From: Solibacteraceae bacterium
GTDB taxonomy: Bacteria > Acidobacteriota > Terriglobia > Bryobacterales > Bryobacteraceae
Direction of reading: 5' to 3'
Length of the DNA: 64,000 nucleotides
Assembly: GCA_026984795.1 (NCBI GenBank)
Contig: JALSRK010000032.1
Location: 1 to 64,000, forward strand
Each line of letters opens with the position of its first letter. Position 1 is the first letter of the stretch. Of this stretch, positions 39,688-49,645 are shown piece after piece. Position numbers and translations under genes: made by a program. The notes beneath the pieces were generated by a model that worked only from the letters and a program-made list of their open reading frames with translations, made no database searches and was not told where the DNA came from.

Positions 39688-40788
39688 ATGAGACGGCGGA
39701 CATTTCTTTCGTTGACGGCCGGCGCCGGCGCGGCCTGCGCGCGGCCCGGCGCGGAGACGGAGCCAAGAAGCGGCGGGCGCGGCGCGCCGGTGAAGTTCGT
39801 CCTCGGCTGCCAGAGCGCGCCCACGGACGACCGCCGCCTGGCGTTCTTCAAGCGCCACGGTGTCGAGCACATCTGCGGTTGGCCCGACAACTGGCGGAAC
39901 CTGAAGCGCTACACGGTGGAAGATCTCGAGAAGCTTCGGGAGCGATGCGAGAAGCACGGGGTGAGCCTCGACATGGTGGGCGCGCCGTTCCTGAGCTCGA
40001 GCCATATCGACCGGGAGAAGCGGCCGGCGATCATGCTGGGCGAAAGCCCGGAACGCGACCGCGACATCGAGGACATCCAGAAGTCGATCGAAGCCTGCGC
40101 CAAGGCGGGCGTGCCGGCCATGAAGTACAACATGAGTATCCTCGGGGTGCTGCGGACCGGGCGGACGAAGGGCCGCGGCGGCATCAGTCTCTCCACCTGG
40201 AGACTGGCCGAGGCCAAACCGCCCAAGCCGAAGACCCGCGCCGGGGAGGTGACGGCGGACATTTTCTGGGAGCGGATCGAGTACTTCCTGGAGCGGGTGA
40301 TCCCGGTGGCCGAGGAGTACAAGGTCCGCATGGCCTGCCACCCCCACGATCCGGGCGTGCCGCCGGAGGGCTATCAAGGAGTGGTCCGGGTGCTGGGCAC
40401 CGTCGAGGGGCTGAAGAAGTTCGTCTCGATCCAGGAAAGCCCTTACCACGGGCTGAACTTCTGCCAGGGCACGGTGGCCGAGATGCTGGAGCGGCCCGGC
40501 GAGCAGATCTACGACGTCATCCGCTACTTCGGCAGCCGCGGCAAGATCTTCAACGTGCACTTCCGCAACATCCGGGGCCGCCGTGACGACTTCGTCGAGA
40601 CCTTCCCGGACAACGGCGACGTGGACATGATCCGGGCGGCGGTGGTCTACAAGGAGGTCGGCTACCCGTACATGCTGATGCCGGACCACGTGCCGCACCA
40701 CCCGGACGATCCCGGACACTACCAGGCCTTCGCCTTCTGCTACGGCTACATCAAGGCGGTGATTCAGGCCGTGAACGAGCTGGCCTGA
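39688..40788 (+). CDS. UxuA-family (mannonate dehydratase-like) TIM-barrel protein with Tat/lipoprotein-like leader
   Basis: The blocks FLERVIPVAEEYKVRMACHPHDP, NFCQGT, IFNVHFRN, NGDVDM and LMPDHVPH parallel the E. coli UxuA blocks (IIPVAEEVGVRMAVHPDDP, MCTGS, YFTHLRS, NGDVDM, MRPDHGH). The leader is MRRRTFLSLTAGAGAAC. Confidence 0.75.
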   Translation: MRRRTFLSLTAGAGAACARPGAETEPRSGGRGAPVKFVLGCQSAPTDDRRLAFFKRHGVEHICGWPDNWRNLKRYTVEDLEKLRERCEKHGVSLDMVGAPFLSSSHIDREKRPAIMLGESPERDRDIEDIQKSIEACAKAGVPAMKYNMSILGVLRTGRTKGRGGISLSTWRLAEAKPPKPKTRAGEVTADIFWERIEYFLERVIPVAEEYKVRMACHPHDPGVPPEGYQGVVRVLGTVEGLKKFVSIQESPYHGLNFCQGTVAEMLERPGEQIYDVIRYFGSRGKIFNVHFRNIRGRRDDFVETFPDNGDVDMIRAAVVYKEVGYPYMLMPDHVPHHPDDPGHYQAFAFCYGYIKAVIQAVNELA

Positions 40789-40803
40789 GGGCGGCCGGGC
40801 CCT

Positions 40804-42384
40804 TCAGCCTTGCACCCAGAACGGCGAAGACCAGGCCTGGTGGCCGTTGGTCTGGACGACGCGGACGTAATACCAATCCGTGTGCCCGCGCTCGCCGCGG
40901 TCCGTAGCTTTGAACGAGGCCCGGAACAGTTGCGGCGGCACCAGGCGGTGGACGACGAAGGACTCGCTGGTGAAGGGGCCGGTGAACTCGATCTCGTTGT
41001 ACTCGGCCAGGTCCAGCAAGCTCTTGCGGAGGGTCAGCCGGGCCGGCTTGGCGAGCTTGACCTCGAGCGCGGCGTCCGGCCCGCCGGCCAGGTGCAGGAT
41101 CACCGAGTTGGTGGCGCGCTCCTCGAAGGCCTGCTTGCGGGATGTGTAGAGCTGGAAGCGGCAGGAGCTCTTCGAGCGGGTGAGCACGCGGTTGCGGCGG
41201 TTCTCGTCGTAGGGGCCGGACTGGAAGCAGGGGAGCAGGCCGAGGAGCCTGCCGCCGTCGATGGTGGCGGTGGCGTCCCAGTCGGCGACGCGTTCCATGT
41301 TGAGCGCCGCCCACGGCCCCCAGCCGAACTCGAGGCGGCAGAGGAACTCCCCAGGCCATTCGGCGTTCTCGGGCAGGTGGTCTTCCGGGAAGTGGCGGGC
41401 GATGACGCGGCCGTTCTTGACGACGTCGATGCGCTCGATCTCATCGGCGCCCTGGACGGCGACCTCGATCTCCCGTTCGCGGGCGTAGGGGAGCTCCGAG
41501 CCCATCGGCTTTCCGTTCAGCGTAGCGCGGAGCTGGATGCGGTCCCCCGTGACGGCGATGGTGCGGCGGGCGCGGATCGCTTCGAGGATCGCCTCGCGGC
41601 TGAGGTCTTTGGCGTAGACCCCTACGAGACCTTCACCGTAAGCCCCGGGGTAGCCGAGGTGGTCGTCGGAGCTGGCGATCACGCCGGTCCGGAAGCCGCG
41701 CCGCAGGGCCTCGCGCAATGTATTGCGGGTCCAGCGGCCGCCGATGCTGTGGCGGATGTAGTCGTGCGGTCCGCGATCCCATTCCGAGAGGCCGTGCTCG
41801 GAGTAGATCTCCAGCACCGGGCTGAGCTTCGGGTCCAGGTATTTCCAGTTGGCGCCGCGCCAGCCCTGTTTGTAGGCGAGGTGGTGCGGGATGATGAGGG
41901 TCCCGGTCCGCCGGGCGTAGTCCTGCAGTTCGCGCACGTGATCGAAGTACTTCAGGGGCTTGCCGTCTCCGGCGTAGTAGACGCAATAGTCGCCGAACTC
42001 GCTCGAATGCCACTCGTAGGCCAGGAAGGAGACGAACTCGCCCGGCTTGTTGTTCGCCGCGGCCATCTTCTGGACGTCGGGCCAGCGCTCGCGGGTAACG
42101 CGGAAGCCGTTCACCCACTTCATGTGGGCGTTGTTGGGCATCTTGGGCATGTCGTGCCACTGGGCATGAGGGGTGAAGGCGAGGAAATCGAGGTGCTCCC
42201 GGGCCACATCGTAGGTCCTCTCGAGCGATCCCAGGGCATAGCCCACTGCATTGTGATTGTGCAGGTCTCCCCAAAACAGCGTGTATTCGCCGCCGGAGGA
42301 GGGCGTCGCGAAGGCGCCGCTTGGTGAGAGCAGTAAAGCGGCGGCTGCGCCCTGGAGCCATTCGCGCCGGTTGGAATCGGTCAT
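40804..42384 (-). CDS. Tat-signal metal-dependent hydrolase, PHP/CehA-like (tentative)
   Basis: The leader is SNRREWLQGAAAALLLSPSGAFA. The GDLHNHN...FTPHAQWH histidine cluster resembles PHP-type phosphoesterases. The family assignment is uncertain. Confidence 0.5.
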   Translation of the reverse strand: MTDSNRREWLQGAAAALLLSPSGAFATPSSGGEYTLFWGDLHNHNAVGYALGSLERTYDVAREHLDFLAFTPHAQWHDMPKMPNNAHMKWVNGFRVTRERWPDVQKMAAANNKPGEFVSFLAYEWHSSEFGDYCVYYAGDGKPLKYFDHVRELQDYARRTGTLIIPHHLAYKQGWRGANWKYLDPKLSPVLEIYSEHGLSEWDRGPHDYIRHSIGGRWTRNTLREALRRGFRTGVIASSDDHLGYPGAYGEGLVGVYAKDLSREAILEAIRARRTIAVTGDRIQLRATLNGKPMGSELPYAREREIEVAVQGADEIERIDVVKNGRVIARHFPEDHLPENAEWPGEFLCRLEFGWGPWAALNMERVADWDATATIDGGRLLGLLPCFQSGPYDENRRNRVLTRSKSSCRFQLYTSRKQAFEERATNSVILHLAGGPDAALEVKLAKPARLTLRKSLLDLAEYNEIEFTGPFTSESFVVHRLVPPQLFRASFKATDRGERGHTDWYYVRVVQTNGHQAWSSPFWVQG

Positions 42385-42432
42385 GGTGACTGGAATGCTA
42401 CCCGCGTTCGGCGGGCAAGGTCAAGCGCGGCG

Positions 42433-43332
42433 CTAGCCGAGCAGGTGCTTCAGGGCAGGGCCGAGCTCCGGGAAGCGGAAGGTGAAGCCGGCCTTCTCCA
42501 GGGCCCGCGGCAGGGCGCGCTGGCTGGCCAGCAGGATGCCGGCCATTTCGCCGTAGAGCAGGCGCAGGGCGCGCTCGGGAACGGTGAACAGCGCCGGCCG
42601 GCGCAAGGTGCGGGCCAGCGTGCGGGTGAACTGCGAGTTGCGCACCGGGTTCGGCGCGACGGCGTTGACCGGGCCTTCGAGCGCGGTGTTCTCGATAGCG
42701 AAGGCGAGCGCCCGGACCATATCTTCGATGTGGATCCAGGACATCCACTGCCGGCCGCTGCCGAGCTGGCCGCCGAGGAACATCTTGAACGGGGGGACCA
42801 TCTGCGCCAGGGCGCCGCCATCCGGCCCCAGAACCATCCCGATGCGCGGCGTGACGACGCGGATGCCCAGTTCCGCCGCTTTCCGGGCTTCCGCTTCCCA
42901 CTCGCGGCAGACATCGGCAAGGAAGCCCGAGCCGGGAGCGGCGTCCTCGGTGAGTTCTTCGTCGCCGCGGTCGCCATAGTAGCCGGTGGCGGAGGCCGAC
43001 ACGAGGACGGCCGGCTTGCTATCCAGGCCTGTCAGCGCCTTTACCAGGCGCCGCGTGCCCTCCACCCGGCTGGTCCGGATGCGCCTCTTGATCTCCGGCG
43101 ACCAGCGCTGGGCCACGCTCTCGCCGGCCAGATGGACGACGGCGCCGGCGCCCTCGAGGCTTTCGAGCGGGGGATCGGCCTCCATCGCGTCCCAAAGGAA
43201 CAGCGCCACTTCCGGGGGAATGCCCGTCTTCGGTGACCGGCACAGGACGCGCACTTCGTGTCCGGCGGCGCGCAGGTGGTCAAGGAGCTTTCGTCCGATG
43301 AAGCCCGTGCCGCCGGTAAGGGTGATGATCAT
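42433..43332 (-). CDS. TIGR01777 (YfcH-like) NAD-dependent epimerase/dehydratase family protein
   Basis: The sequence has MIITLTGGTGFIGRKL and a DUF1731-like C-terminus. It is 299 aa. Confidence 0.88.
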   Translation of the reverse strand: MIITLTGGTGFIGRKLLDHLRAAGHEVRVLCRSPKTGIPPEVALFLWDAMEADPPLESLEGAGAVVHLAGESVAQRWSPEIKRRIRTSRVEGTRRLVKALTGLDSKPAVLVSASATGYYGDRGDEELTEDAAPGSGFLADVCREWEAEARKAAELGIRVVTPRIGMVLGPDGGALAQMVPPFKMFLGGQLGSGRQWMSWIHIEDMVRALAFAIENTALEGPVNAVAPNPVRNSQFTRTLARTLRRPALFTVPERALRLLYGEMAGILLASQRALPRALEKAGFTFRFPELGPALKHLLG

Positions 43333-43449
43333 CGCGCCCGCCGCCCATGGTTATTGTACGCGAAGCGGGGCGGGGGAACGGCTGACCGGGGCTTCGGCCA
43401 CGGGACGCTGGTCCAAACGGTCTTCGAGCCGGGCCGCTGCCGGACAGGG

Positions 43450-43962
43450 TCAGCCGCGGCCGGCCAGGCGCTCGTACTCCATCCTGTTCCGCTCCGGCAG
43501 CAGCACCCAAAGCGTGTAAGCCCCCAGCAGGGTGCCGAAGGGGAAGCTCAGCAGACTGATGATCCCCATGATGATGAGGATCATGCGGGCCCAGGAGGCG
43601 TAGCTCAGCAGGCCGATGCCGCCGATGACGCCCGCCAGCGCCCCGAGCAGGGCGAGTCCGGCGAAGGCCATCATGAACGGGGCGGCGATGAAGCCGGGGA
43701 AGTCCATGTGGTGCCAGCCGAGCCAGTCGCCGTGGCGCGCCAGCCAGGTTCCGGTGAACAGCATCCCGCCCATCGGGAGCACGTGCAGGACGGCCCACAC
43801 GATCCAGAGTATGGCGAGGATCTTCACGTGCGAGGCCACCGGGCGCGGCGAGCAGCACGAACTGCCGGGGGCCGCGGTTGTTCCGGGCCGCAGCGCGTGT
43901 CCACAGGCGGGGCAGAAGCTGTCGGTCTCGGAAACTTGCTTGCCACACTTGTCGCAATACAT
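43450..43962 (-). CDS. zinc-ribbon membrane protein, function unknown
   Basis: The ATG at 43962 is preceded by GAGGGAG. The N-terminal zinc ribbon is MYCDKCGKQVSETDSFCPACGH, followed by four TM helices. The longer track ORF extension is rejected. Confidence 0.65.
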   Translation of the reverse strand: MYCDKCGKQVSETDSFCPACGHALRPGTTAAPGSSCCSPRPVASHVKILAILWIVWAVLHVLPMGGMLFTGTWLARHGDWLGWHHMDFPGFIAAPFMMAFAGLALLGALAGVIGGIGLLSYASWARMILIIMGIISLLSFPFGTLLGAYTLWVLLPERNRMEYERLAGRG

Positions 43963-43984
43963 TGGCCTGCTCCCTCTCACTTGA

Positions 43985-45082
43985 TTATGGATACGGAGGC
44001 GGGCGGCGGCGAGTTCCCGGGGATCCCGAATTCCTTTCGCCGCCCTTGTGGACCGACGCCGTAGTGACGAGCCGGCGCAGCGCTTCGCTGTCGAAGCCCT
44101 CCGGCTCGGGGAAGGCAACCACGGCCTCGACACCCTCTTCGGCATTCTGCACCAGCAAGCGGATCTCGCCGGGGCCTTCCCGTTTGCCCCGAATCGCCAG
44201 CGCCCGGTGGGGCGGGCGGTCGGAGGCCAAGATGCGCGCCGATTCCCACCGGTCGAGCAGGACGGCCCGAAAGAGCAGGGGTACGAAACCAAACCGGGAA
44301 CAGGTGGCGTAGCGGAAGAGGTCGTGTTCCGTGTGGATTCCCGCCAGCCACAGAAACGTGCGGCCGGTCTGCCCGACGCTCCGGAAGCCGCCGGTGGGGA
44401 TCACCGTGAGCCGTACTCCTTCGAGCTCCTCAGGCAGCGTCAAGATCAGTCCCTTCGCTTGGTAGCGGAAGGAGGCGGTTCGGCCGGCGGCCGGCGCGAC
44501 CGGCTCGCAAATGACGCGGGCGGCAGGTGTCTTTCTCAAGAAATACCAGGCTCCCCCGGCGTAAAGCGCTCCCAGGAGCGTAACGAGCAGCGCGACGAGT
44601 CGCCAGCTCCGGTAACGGCTCCAGCGCCATCCGGCCTGCGGTAGACGCCCGCCGACGATTCGTTCGAGCCGGTCACGCTCTTCTTCGGGAAAGGCGATGA
44701 GCAGAATCTGGGTTCCCGCCCGGTGGGTGCGGGCCACCAACTGGAAGCAGCCCAGGGTCTCCACCGCCAGCAGGGCCTTCACATCTTCGTAGGCGAGGGC
44801 TCGCCGGAGGGGGCGCTGGATAGCCTGGCGCTGGTCGTCGAATTCGAGCCGGTCGAGCCGCGCCACCAACCAGGCTATGGCGACGATCACCGGAGCGAAT
44901 ACAACGGAGGCGGCGAAGATCCTCCAGCCAGGTACGCCGAACAGGAACAGGCACATCGCCGCGGCCACCGGGGCGACAGAGGCCAACATTTGTCGCAAGA
45001 GCCCGGGAAAGCTGCCCCTGAGCACGACTTTGGCATTCCTCGCCGAAGCGCCGCCGTGTTCCGAGGGAAGGGTGGTGTTCAT
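43985..45082 (-). CDS. hypothetical membrane protein (3 TM), function unknown
   Basis: 365 aa. It starts 8 nt downstream of the glycosidase gene and ends 22 nt upstream of the zinc-ribbon gene. I recognise no family. Confidence 0.55.
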   Translation of the reverse strand: MNTTLPSEHGGASARNAKVVLRGSFPGLLRQMLASVAPVAAAMCLFLFGVPGWRIFAASVVFAPVIVAIAWLVARLDRLEFDDQRQAIQRPLRRALAYEDVKALLAVETLGCFQLVARTHRAGTQILLIAFPEEERDRLERIVGGRLPQAGWRWSRYRSWRLVALLVTLLGALYAGGAWYFLRKTPAARVICEPVAPAAGRTASFRYQAKGLILTLPEELEGVRLTVIPTGGFRSVGQTGRTFLWLAGIHTEHDLFRYATCSRFGFVPLLFRAVLLDRWESARILASDRPPHRALAIRGKREGPGEIRLLVQNAEEGVEAVVAFPEPEGFDSEALRRLVTTASVHKGGERNSGSPGTRRRPPPYP

Positions 45083-45089
45083 CGGAGGC

Positions 45090-47195
45090 TCAGTAGACGC
45101 GGATCCGCACCCGCGCGGGCCCTGAGCGGCTCACGCCGTCGCTGATACGCCACTCGAAGGAGTCCGCTCCGGTGAACCCTTGCTGTGGAGTGTAGCGGGC
45201 CTCGTTGTCCAGCGTCTCCACGGCGCCATGCTCGGGTGGTTTGGCGATCGCCACCCCGTAAGGCCCCGGCCCGTCGCGGTCGGCATAGCGAAGCGTGAAC
45301 CGGACGATCCCGCCGCGGCGCACCCGCACGGTTTGATCGTAGGCTCGGGGCGGACGATTCGTTCCGGAGGGGTTGCAGAAGACAGTCACTTCGGCGGTGT
45401 TGGACTCACCGGTCGGCGTACGGGCCCGCCAGGTGAACCGGTCCCGCCCGCTGAATCCCGGCCGGGGGGTGTAGGTCACCTCAGGGGGGTTGCCGGAGAG
45501 GCGCCCGTAGCGCGGGGCGGTAAGCACAGCGTACTCGGCGCCCGCGACGGCCTCCGGAGGCGCAAGCGGCAAATGGACCGTCACCGGTTCTCCGCCGGAA
45601 GCGAAGGTGACGGCGTCGAGAGCCAAAGGCGGGGCGGCGGCCTCGCCCGTGATCTTTTCGATCCGTGCGGCCCAATCGCCGGGTCCAGGCGCCGCCAGCC
45701 GGCGGAGCCCTCCGCCGATCTCCACCGCCTCGGTCCATGGCGGCACAGCGACGGCGCGCGGGTCGAACCACTCGAGCCGGTAGCGATTGCCAGCAGGCAG
45801 GTTCAGCTCGATCTCACCCCCGTCCGGCAAATACAGGGCGTAGAACTCCCCGGGCCGCGCCAGGCAAAAGGCTTCGCCTTTAACCACCAGATGGTTGGCC
45901 GGGAACATGCGGTGGGCGGGGATCGACTCCATGAACTGCCGCGCCAGGGCCAGTTGGCGCCACTGGGGGCCGTATTCGCTGTAGCCGCCGCGCACCGGCA
46001 AGATGCTTTCCCAAATGCCGCCGCCGAGGAACACCGCCCACCAGCTCCGGCGGCTGCCGGGCGGCCGGGCCTCGTCGAAACTGACGACCAGGGGATGACG
46101 GCTGCGCGTCAAGGGCGCCGCCACCCAGAACTCGGCCAACCGGTTCAACGTCACCGGCTTGAGCGGCAAGGTCTGGATACTGCTCATCTGGACGGATTGG
46201 GCGTCCACGTACTCGGGCCACGGCGTGTTCACGTTGTGAATCGCCCGGGGGTGGCCGTAGGGGTCGAGACTGCCCAGCAGGTCCAGGTAGGCCAAAGCCT
46301 CGGGCAGCGTATACGACTCGTTGTATTCTTCGCAGAAGTTGAAATAGACAGCCGGGAGGTCGCCGAAGCGGGCGATGATTTCCCGATAGTAACGCGCATG
46401 ATCGTAGCCGGTCCAAGCGGAATCGTCTTCGAGCACCAGGTGGATGACCAATCCCTTTTGCTCGATGTACTCGAAGAAGTCACGCCACTTCGCCAGCCTG
46501 ACGATGTCGAAACGGTCCGCCCCGCGCTTGGCCTCCTCGGCGGTGGCGCCCACCCATGGCCAGACGTCGTTTCCGTCCCCACCGAGGTTGTGCGTCATCA
46601 CGTAAACGGAGTTCACGCCTACCGAAGCCAGGTAGTCGATCTGCCGCTTCTTGGCTTCCCAGTTGTCGCGGCCGAAAGCGTCTCCGAGCCAGTTCTCGGG
46701 TTCATCCGCCCCGGCTTTGATCCAGTAGCCGCCCTCACGGAACTTCAGGTACCGCTCCCCAACATACTCGAGGCGCCCTAACCGGTACAGATCCGGAGCG
46801 TCCACGGGCGGATCCACGACCAGGATCTTGCCGCCCAATCCGTTCAGCTTCGGCTCCGGACTCTGGGTGTACCAGGACCAGGTGCCGTTCTGGTCGGCCG
46901 AGAAGCGGACTTTCCAGACGTCACCGTCCATGCCGCCCCGCCCATCGCCGTCATAGAAGCCGGGGACAAGGAACGCCCGGCCGTCGGGGGCGGTGAACAT
47001 CACATCGAAGGCGACAGCAAACGGATTGGGATTCCCCAGGCCGTGCATCAGGGGGCCGTGGAAAGTGAGTTCTATCTTCGACCAGCGGGCGTAGGCCGGC
47101 AACGTTCCCGGTTCGGTGGAACACGCCGCCGTGGCCACCGCAAGCATCTCGGCGGCGACGAACGCGAGGAAAGAGGTCCGGTGGCGTCCGGTCAT
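45090..47195 (-). CDS. secreted glycoside hydrolase-like protein (DUF5060 N-terminal domain, GH5/DUF4038-like TIM barrel, two C-terminal Ig/cadherin-like repeats)
   Basis: The signal peptide is followed by WSKIELTFHGP...FLVPGFYDGDG...WKVRFSADQNGTWSW, a DUF5060 pattern. The C-terminus has repeated YTPxxGFxGxDxFxWR modules. Confidence 0.7.
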   Translation of the reverse strand: MTGRHRTSFLAFVAAEMLAVATAACSTEPGTLPAYARWSKIELTFHGPLMHGLGNPNPFAVAFDVMFTAPDGRAFLVPGFYDGDGRGGMDGDVWKVRFSADQNGTWSWYTQSPEPKLNGLGGKILVVDPPVDAPDLYRLGRLEYVGERYLKFREGGYWIKAGADEPENWLGDAFGRDNWEAKKRQIDYLASVGVNSVYVMTHNLGGDGNDVWPWVGATAEEAKRGADRFDIVRLAKWRDFFEYIEQKGLVIHLVLEDDSAWTGYDHARYYREIIARFGDLPAVYFNFCEEYNESYTLPEALAYLDLLGSLDPYGHPRAIHNVNTPWPEYVDAQSVQMSSIQTLPLKPVTLNRLAEFWVAAPLTRSRHPLVVSFDEARPPGSRRSWWAVFLGGGIWESILPVRGGYSEYGPQWRQLALARQFMESIPAHRMFPANHLVVKGEAFCLARPGEFYALYLPDGGEIELNLPAGNRYRLEWFDPRAVAVPPWTEAVEIGGGLRRLAAPGPGDWAARIEKITGEAAAPPLALDAVTFASGGEPVTVHLPLAPPEAVAGAEYAVLTAPRYGRLSGNPPEVTYTPRPGFSGRDRFTWRARTPTGESNTAEVTVFCNPSGTNRPPRAYDQTVRVRRGGIVRFTLRYADRDGPGPYGVAIAKPPEHGAVETLDNEARYTPQQGFTGADSFEWRISDGVSRSGPARVRIRVY

Positions 47196-47343
47196 CGCAG
47201 GGCCTGCGCCGATTGTAACACCGCTGCGGCGGCAGACCCGCCGGGATGGATTTATCGATTAAGTAACAGAAAAGTCACCCCCGGTCCGGCGAGGCGTGCT
47301 AGACTTGCCCCGAGATTACGCAGGAGGCTAGGAGGACTGGATT

Positions 47344-48648
47344 ATGGCACTTCATTTGTCCCGCAGAGACTACCTCGGGTTGATGGCTGCTGCGCCCGGA
47401 TTCATGGCTGCCGGCCCGGCCACGGCCGCCGGAGGGGCGGCTGACCGCGAACGCCGCATGCGATGGTGGCACCAGGCCAAGTTCGGCATGTTCATCCATT
47501 GGGGCCTCTACAGCGTGCTCGGCCGGCACGAGTGGGTGATGGAGATCGAAGGTATCCCCGTGGCCGAGTACGAGAAGCTGGCCGACCAGTTCAATCCCAA
47601 ACCCAACGCCGCCCGCTACTGGGCGAAGCTGGCCAGGCAGGCGGGCCAGAAATACATGGTGATGACCACCAAGCACCACGAGGGCTTCTGCCTGTTCCAC
47701 TCCCAGTACACCGACTACTGCGCGCCGAAGCGCGCCTGCGGCCGCGACCTGGTGAAGGAGTACGTCGAGGCGGCGCGGGCCGAGGGCCTGCGGGTGGGCT
47801 TCTACTACTCGCTGATGGACTGGCACCACCCCGACGGGGCGCGCTGCGCCGAGGACGAGGCGGCCCGCAAGCGCTTCGTCGCCTACATCCACGGGCAGAT
47901 CCGCGAGCTGATGACCAACTACGGCAAGATCGACATCCTCTGGTACGACGTCGCCTGGCCGCTGGACGCCAAAGGCTGGGAGTCCGAGCGGATGAACAAA
48001 ATGGTCTTCGAGTTGCAACCGGACATCATCGTCAACAACCGCAACCGGCTGGAGGGGGATTTCTCCACCCCCGAGCAGCGCATCCAGGCCGCCAAGGGCA
48101 AGGCCTGGGAGGCGTGCATGACGATGAACGACAGTTGGGGATACCACGCCGCCGACGACGCTTGGAAGTCGCCGAAGACGATCGTGCGGAACCTGATCAC
48201 CTGCGCCCGCCAGGGCGGCAACTACCTGCTGAACATCGGCCCCCGGGCCGACGGCTCGGTGCCCGAGGAATCGGTGAAGATCCTGGGATCGGTGGGGCGC
48301 TGGATGGCGCGGAACGGCGACACGATCTACGGGGCCGATCCGTGCCAGGTGTGGCAGGCGAAGTGTTGCAGCTTTACGCGCAAGGGCAAGACGCTTTATG
48401 TGCAGTCGCACTTCTGGCCGGGCGAGACGCTTGCGATAGCGGGCCTCCGGTGCAAAGTGCTTTCGGTGAAGATGCACGCCACGGGCCAGCCGGTGAAGTT
48501 CGAACAGGACGAGTTCCGAGTACGCTGCTTCGGGCTGCCGCCGGCGGCCCCGGACGACCCGGTCACCACGCTCGACTTCGAATGCGACGCCGAGCCGACC
48601 CAGGACATGCTCTACGTCCGGCGGAACCGCCCGCGGCGGGGCGTCTGA
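47344..48648 (+). CDS. alpha-L-fucosidase (GH29) with Tat signal
   Basis: The sequence has WWHQAKFGMFIHWGLYSV, TTKHHEGFCLF and ILWYDVAW. The leader is SRRDYLGLMAAAPGFMAAG. AGGAGG-type SD sites lie upstream. Confidence 0.92.
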   Translation: MALHLSRRDYLGLMAAAPGFMAAGPATAAGGAADRERRMRWWHQAKFGMFIHWGLYSVLGRHEWVMEIEGIPVAEYEKLADQFNPKPNAARYWAKLARQAGQKYMVMTTKHHEGFCLFHSQYTDYCAPKRACGRDLVKEYVEAARAEGLRVGFYYSLMDWHHPDGARCAEDEAARKRFVAYIHGQIRELMTNYGKIDILWYDVAWPLDAKGWESERMNKMVFELQPDIIVNNRNRLEGDFSTPEQRIQAAKGKAWEACMTMNDSWGYHAADDAWKSPKTIVRNLITCARQGGNYLLNIGPRADGSVPEESVKILGSVGRWMARNGDTIYGADPCQVWQAKCCSFTRKGKTLYVQSHFWPGETLAIAGLRCKVLSVKMHATGQPVKFEQDEFRVRCFGLPPAAPDDPVTTLDFECDAEPTQDMLYVRRNRPRRGV

Positions 48649-48656
48649 AGCGGGCC

Positions 48657-49610
48657 TCAACGCGCCCCGGCGTGGAAACGGTGGACGAAGCCGGCGGCGG
48701 CGATCTGTCTCAGTTGGGCCGCGGAGAGCCGGAAGGCCACCGCGGCCTTTTCGTATTCGCGGTTGAGCGTGGTGGAGAAAATTGCCGGATCGTCGGTGTT
48801 GAGCGTCACCGGGACGCCGGCGGCGAGAAAGCGGGGCAGGGGGTGGTCTTCGAGCCGCGGCACGACGCCGATGGCCGCGTTGCTCGTGAGGCAAACTTCG
48901 AGGGCGACGCGGCGGCGGGCCAGCTCCTCTAGTAGCTCCGGATCGCGGGCGGCGGCCACGCCGTGGCCGATGCGTCCGGCGCCGGCTTCGAGCGCCTGGC
49001 GGACCGATTCGGGTCCCGCCGTCTCGCCGGCATGGATGGTGAGATGCAGACCGCGTTCGCGAACGAACCGGAACGTGTCATAGAACCTGCGGGCCGGTCC
49101 GCGGCTTTCGTCGCCCCCGATGCCGAAAGCGACGACGCCGTCGCCGGCCCGCTCGACGGCCAGCTCGGCCACCCGCCGGACGTGCTCCGGACCGAAGTGC
49201 CGCACCGCGTCGAGGATCCAGCGGACCTCGATGCGGGAGCGGGCGGCCTCGCGAGTCAAGGCTTCGAAGACCGAAGCGAACGGCTTGTCCTGCCACAGGA
49301 TCGTGCCCGCCGAGACGGTGATCTCGGCATAGGCGACGTTTTCGGTTTCGAGCCGTTCCAGCAGCCGCCGCAGCGCCAGGGCGTATTCGGCCGGGCCGCG
49401 GAGCCGTTCGAGGATCCAGCGGAAGACTTCGATGAACGCCGGAAAGCTGTGGACGTGGCGGTAGCGCTCGCGGATTTCTTCCACGGTGAGAGCCGGGTCG
49501 AGTTCGCAGAGGGTCTGCGGCTCGAGCGACCCTTCCAGGTGCAAGTGAAGCTCCGCCTTGGGAAGTTCCGCGATCAAGCGCTCCATCCCTGCGATAATAG
49601 CGGTTTGCAT
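48657..49610 (-). CDS. add: adenosine deaminase
   Basis: The sequence has [14 protein letters not shown], the HAGE metal site and a C-terminal TLNTDDP block. Confidence 0.9.
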   Translation of the reverse strand: MQTAIIAGMERLIAELPKAELHLHLEGSLEPQTLCELDPALTVEEIRERYRHVHSFPAFIEVFRWILERLRGPAEYALALRRLLERLETENVAYAEITVSAGTILWQDKPFASVFEALTREAARSRIEVRWILDAVRHFGPEHVRRVAELAVERAGDGVVAFGIGGDESRGPARRFYDTFRFVRERGLHLTIHAGETAGPESVRQALEAGAGRIGHGVAAARDPELLEELARRRVALEVCLTSNAAIGVVPRLEDHPLPRFLAAGVPVTLNTDDPAIFSTTLNREYEKAAVAFRLSAAQLRQIAAAGFVHRFHAGAR

Positions 49611-49645
49611 CCGGCGCGCGCCGCCGGCTGCGAAGACGCGATGCG

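Noticed and set aside
39621-39890. N-terminal extensions of several track ORFs: 38313..39890, 58780..60429 (beyond 60108), 43450..44292 (beyond 43962), 55954..56151 and 34961..35062.
   Set aside because: In each case an internal start is preceded by a good SD and/or is immediately followed by a signal peptide, Tat leader or zinc ribbon. The extension has non-gene-like composition or overlaps the neighbouring gene.
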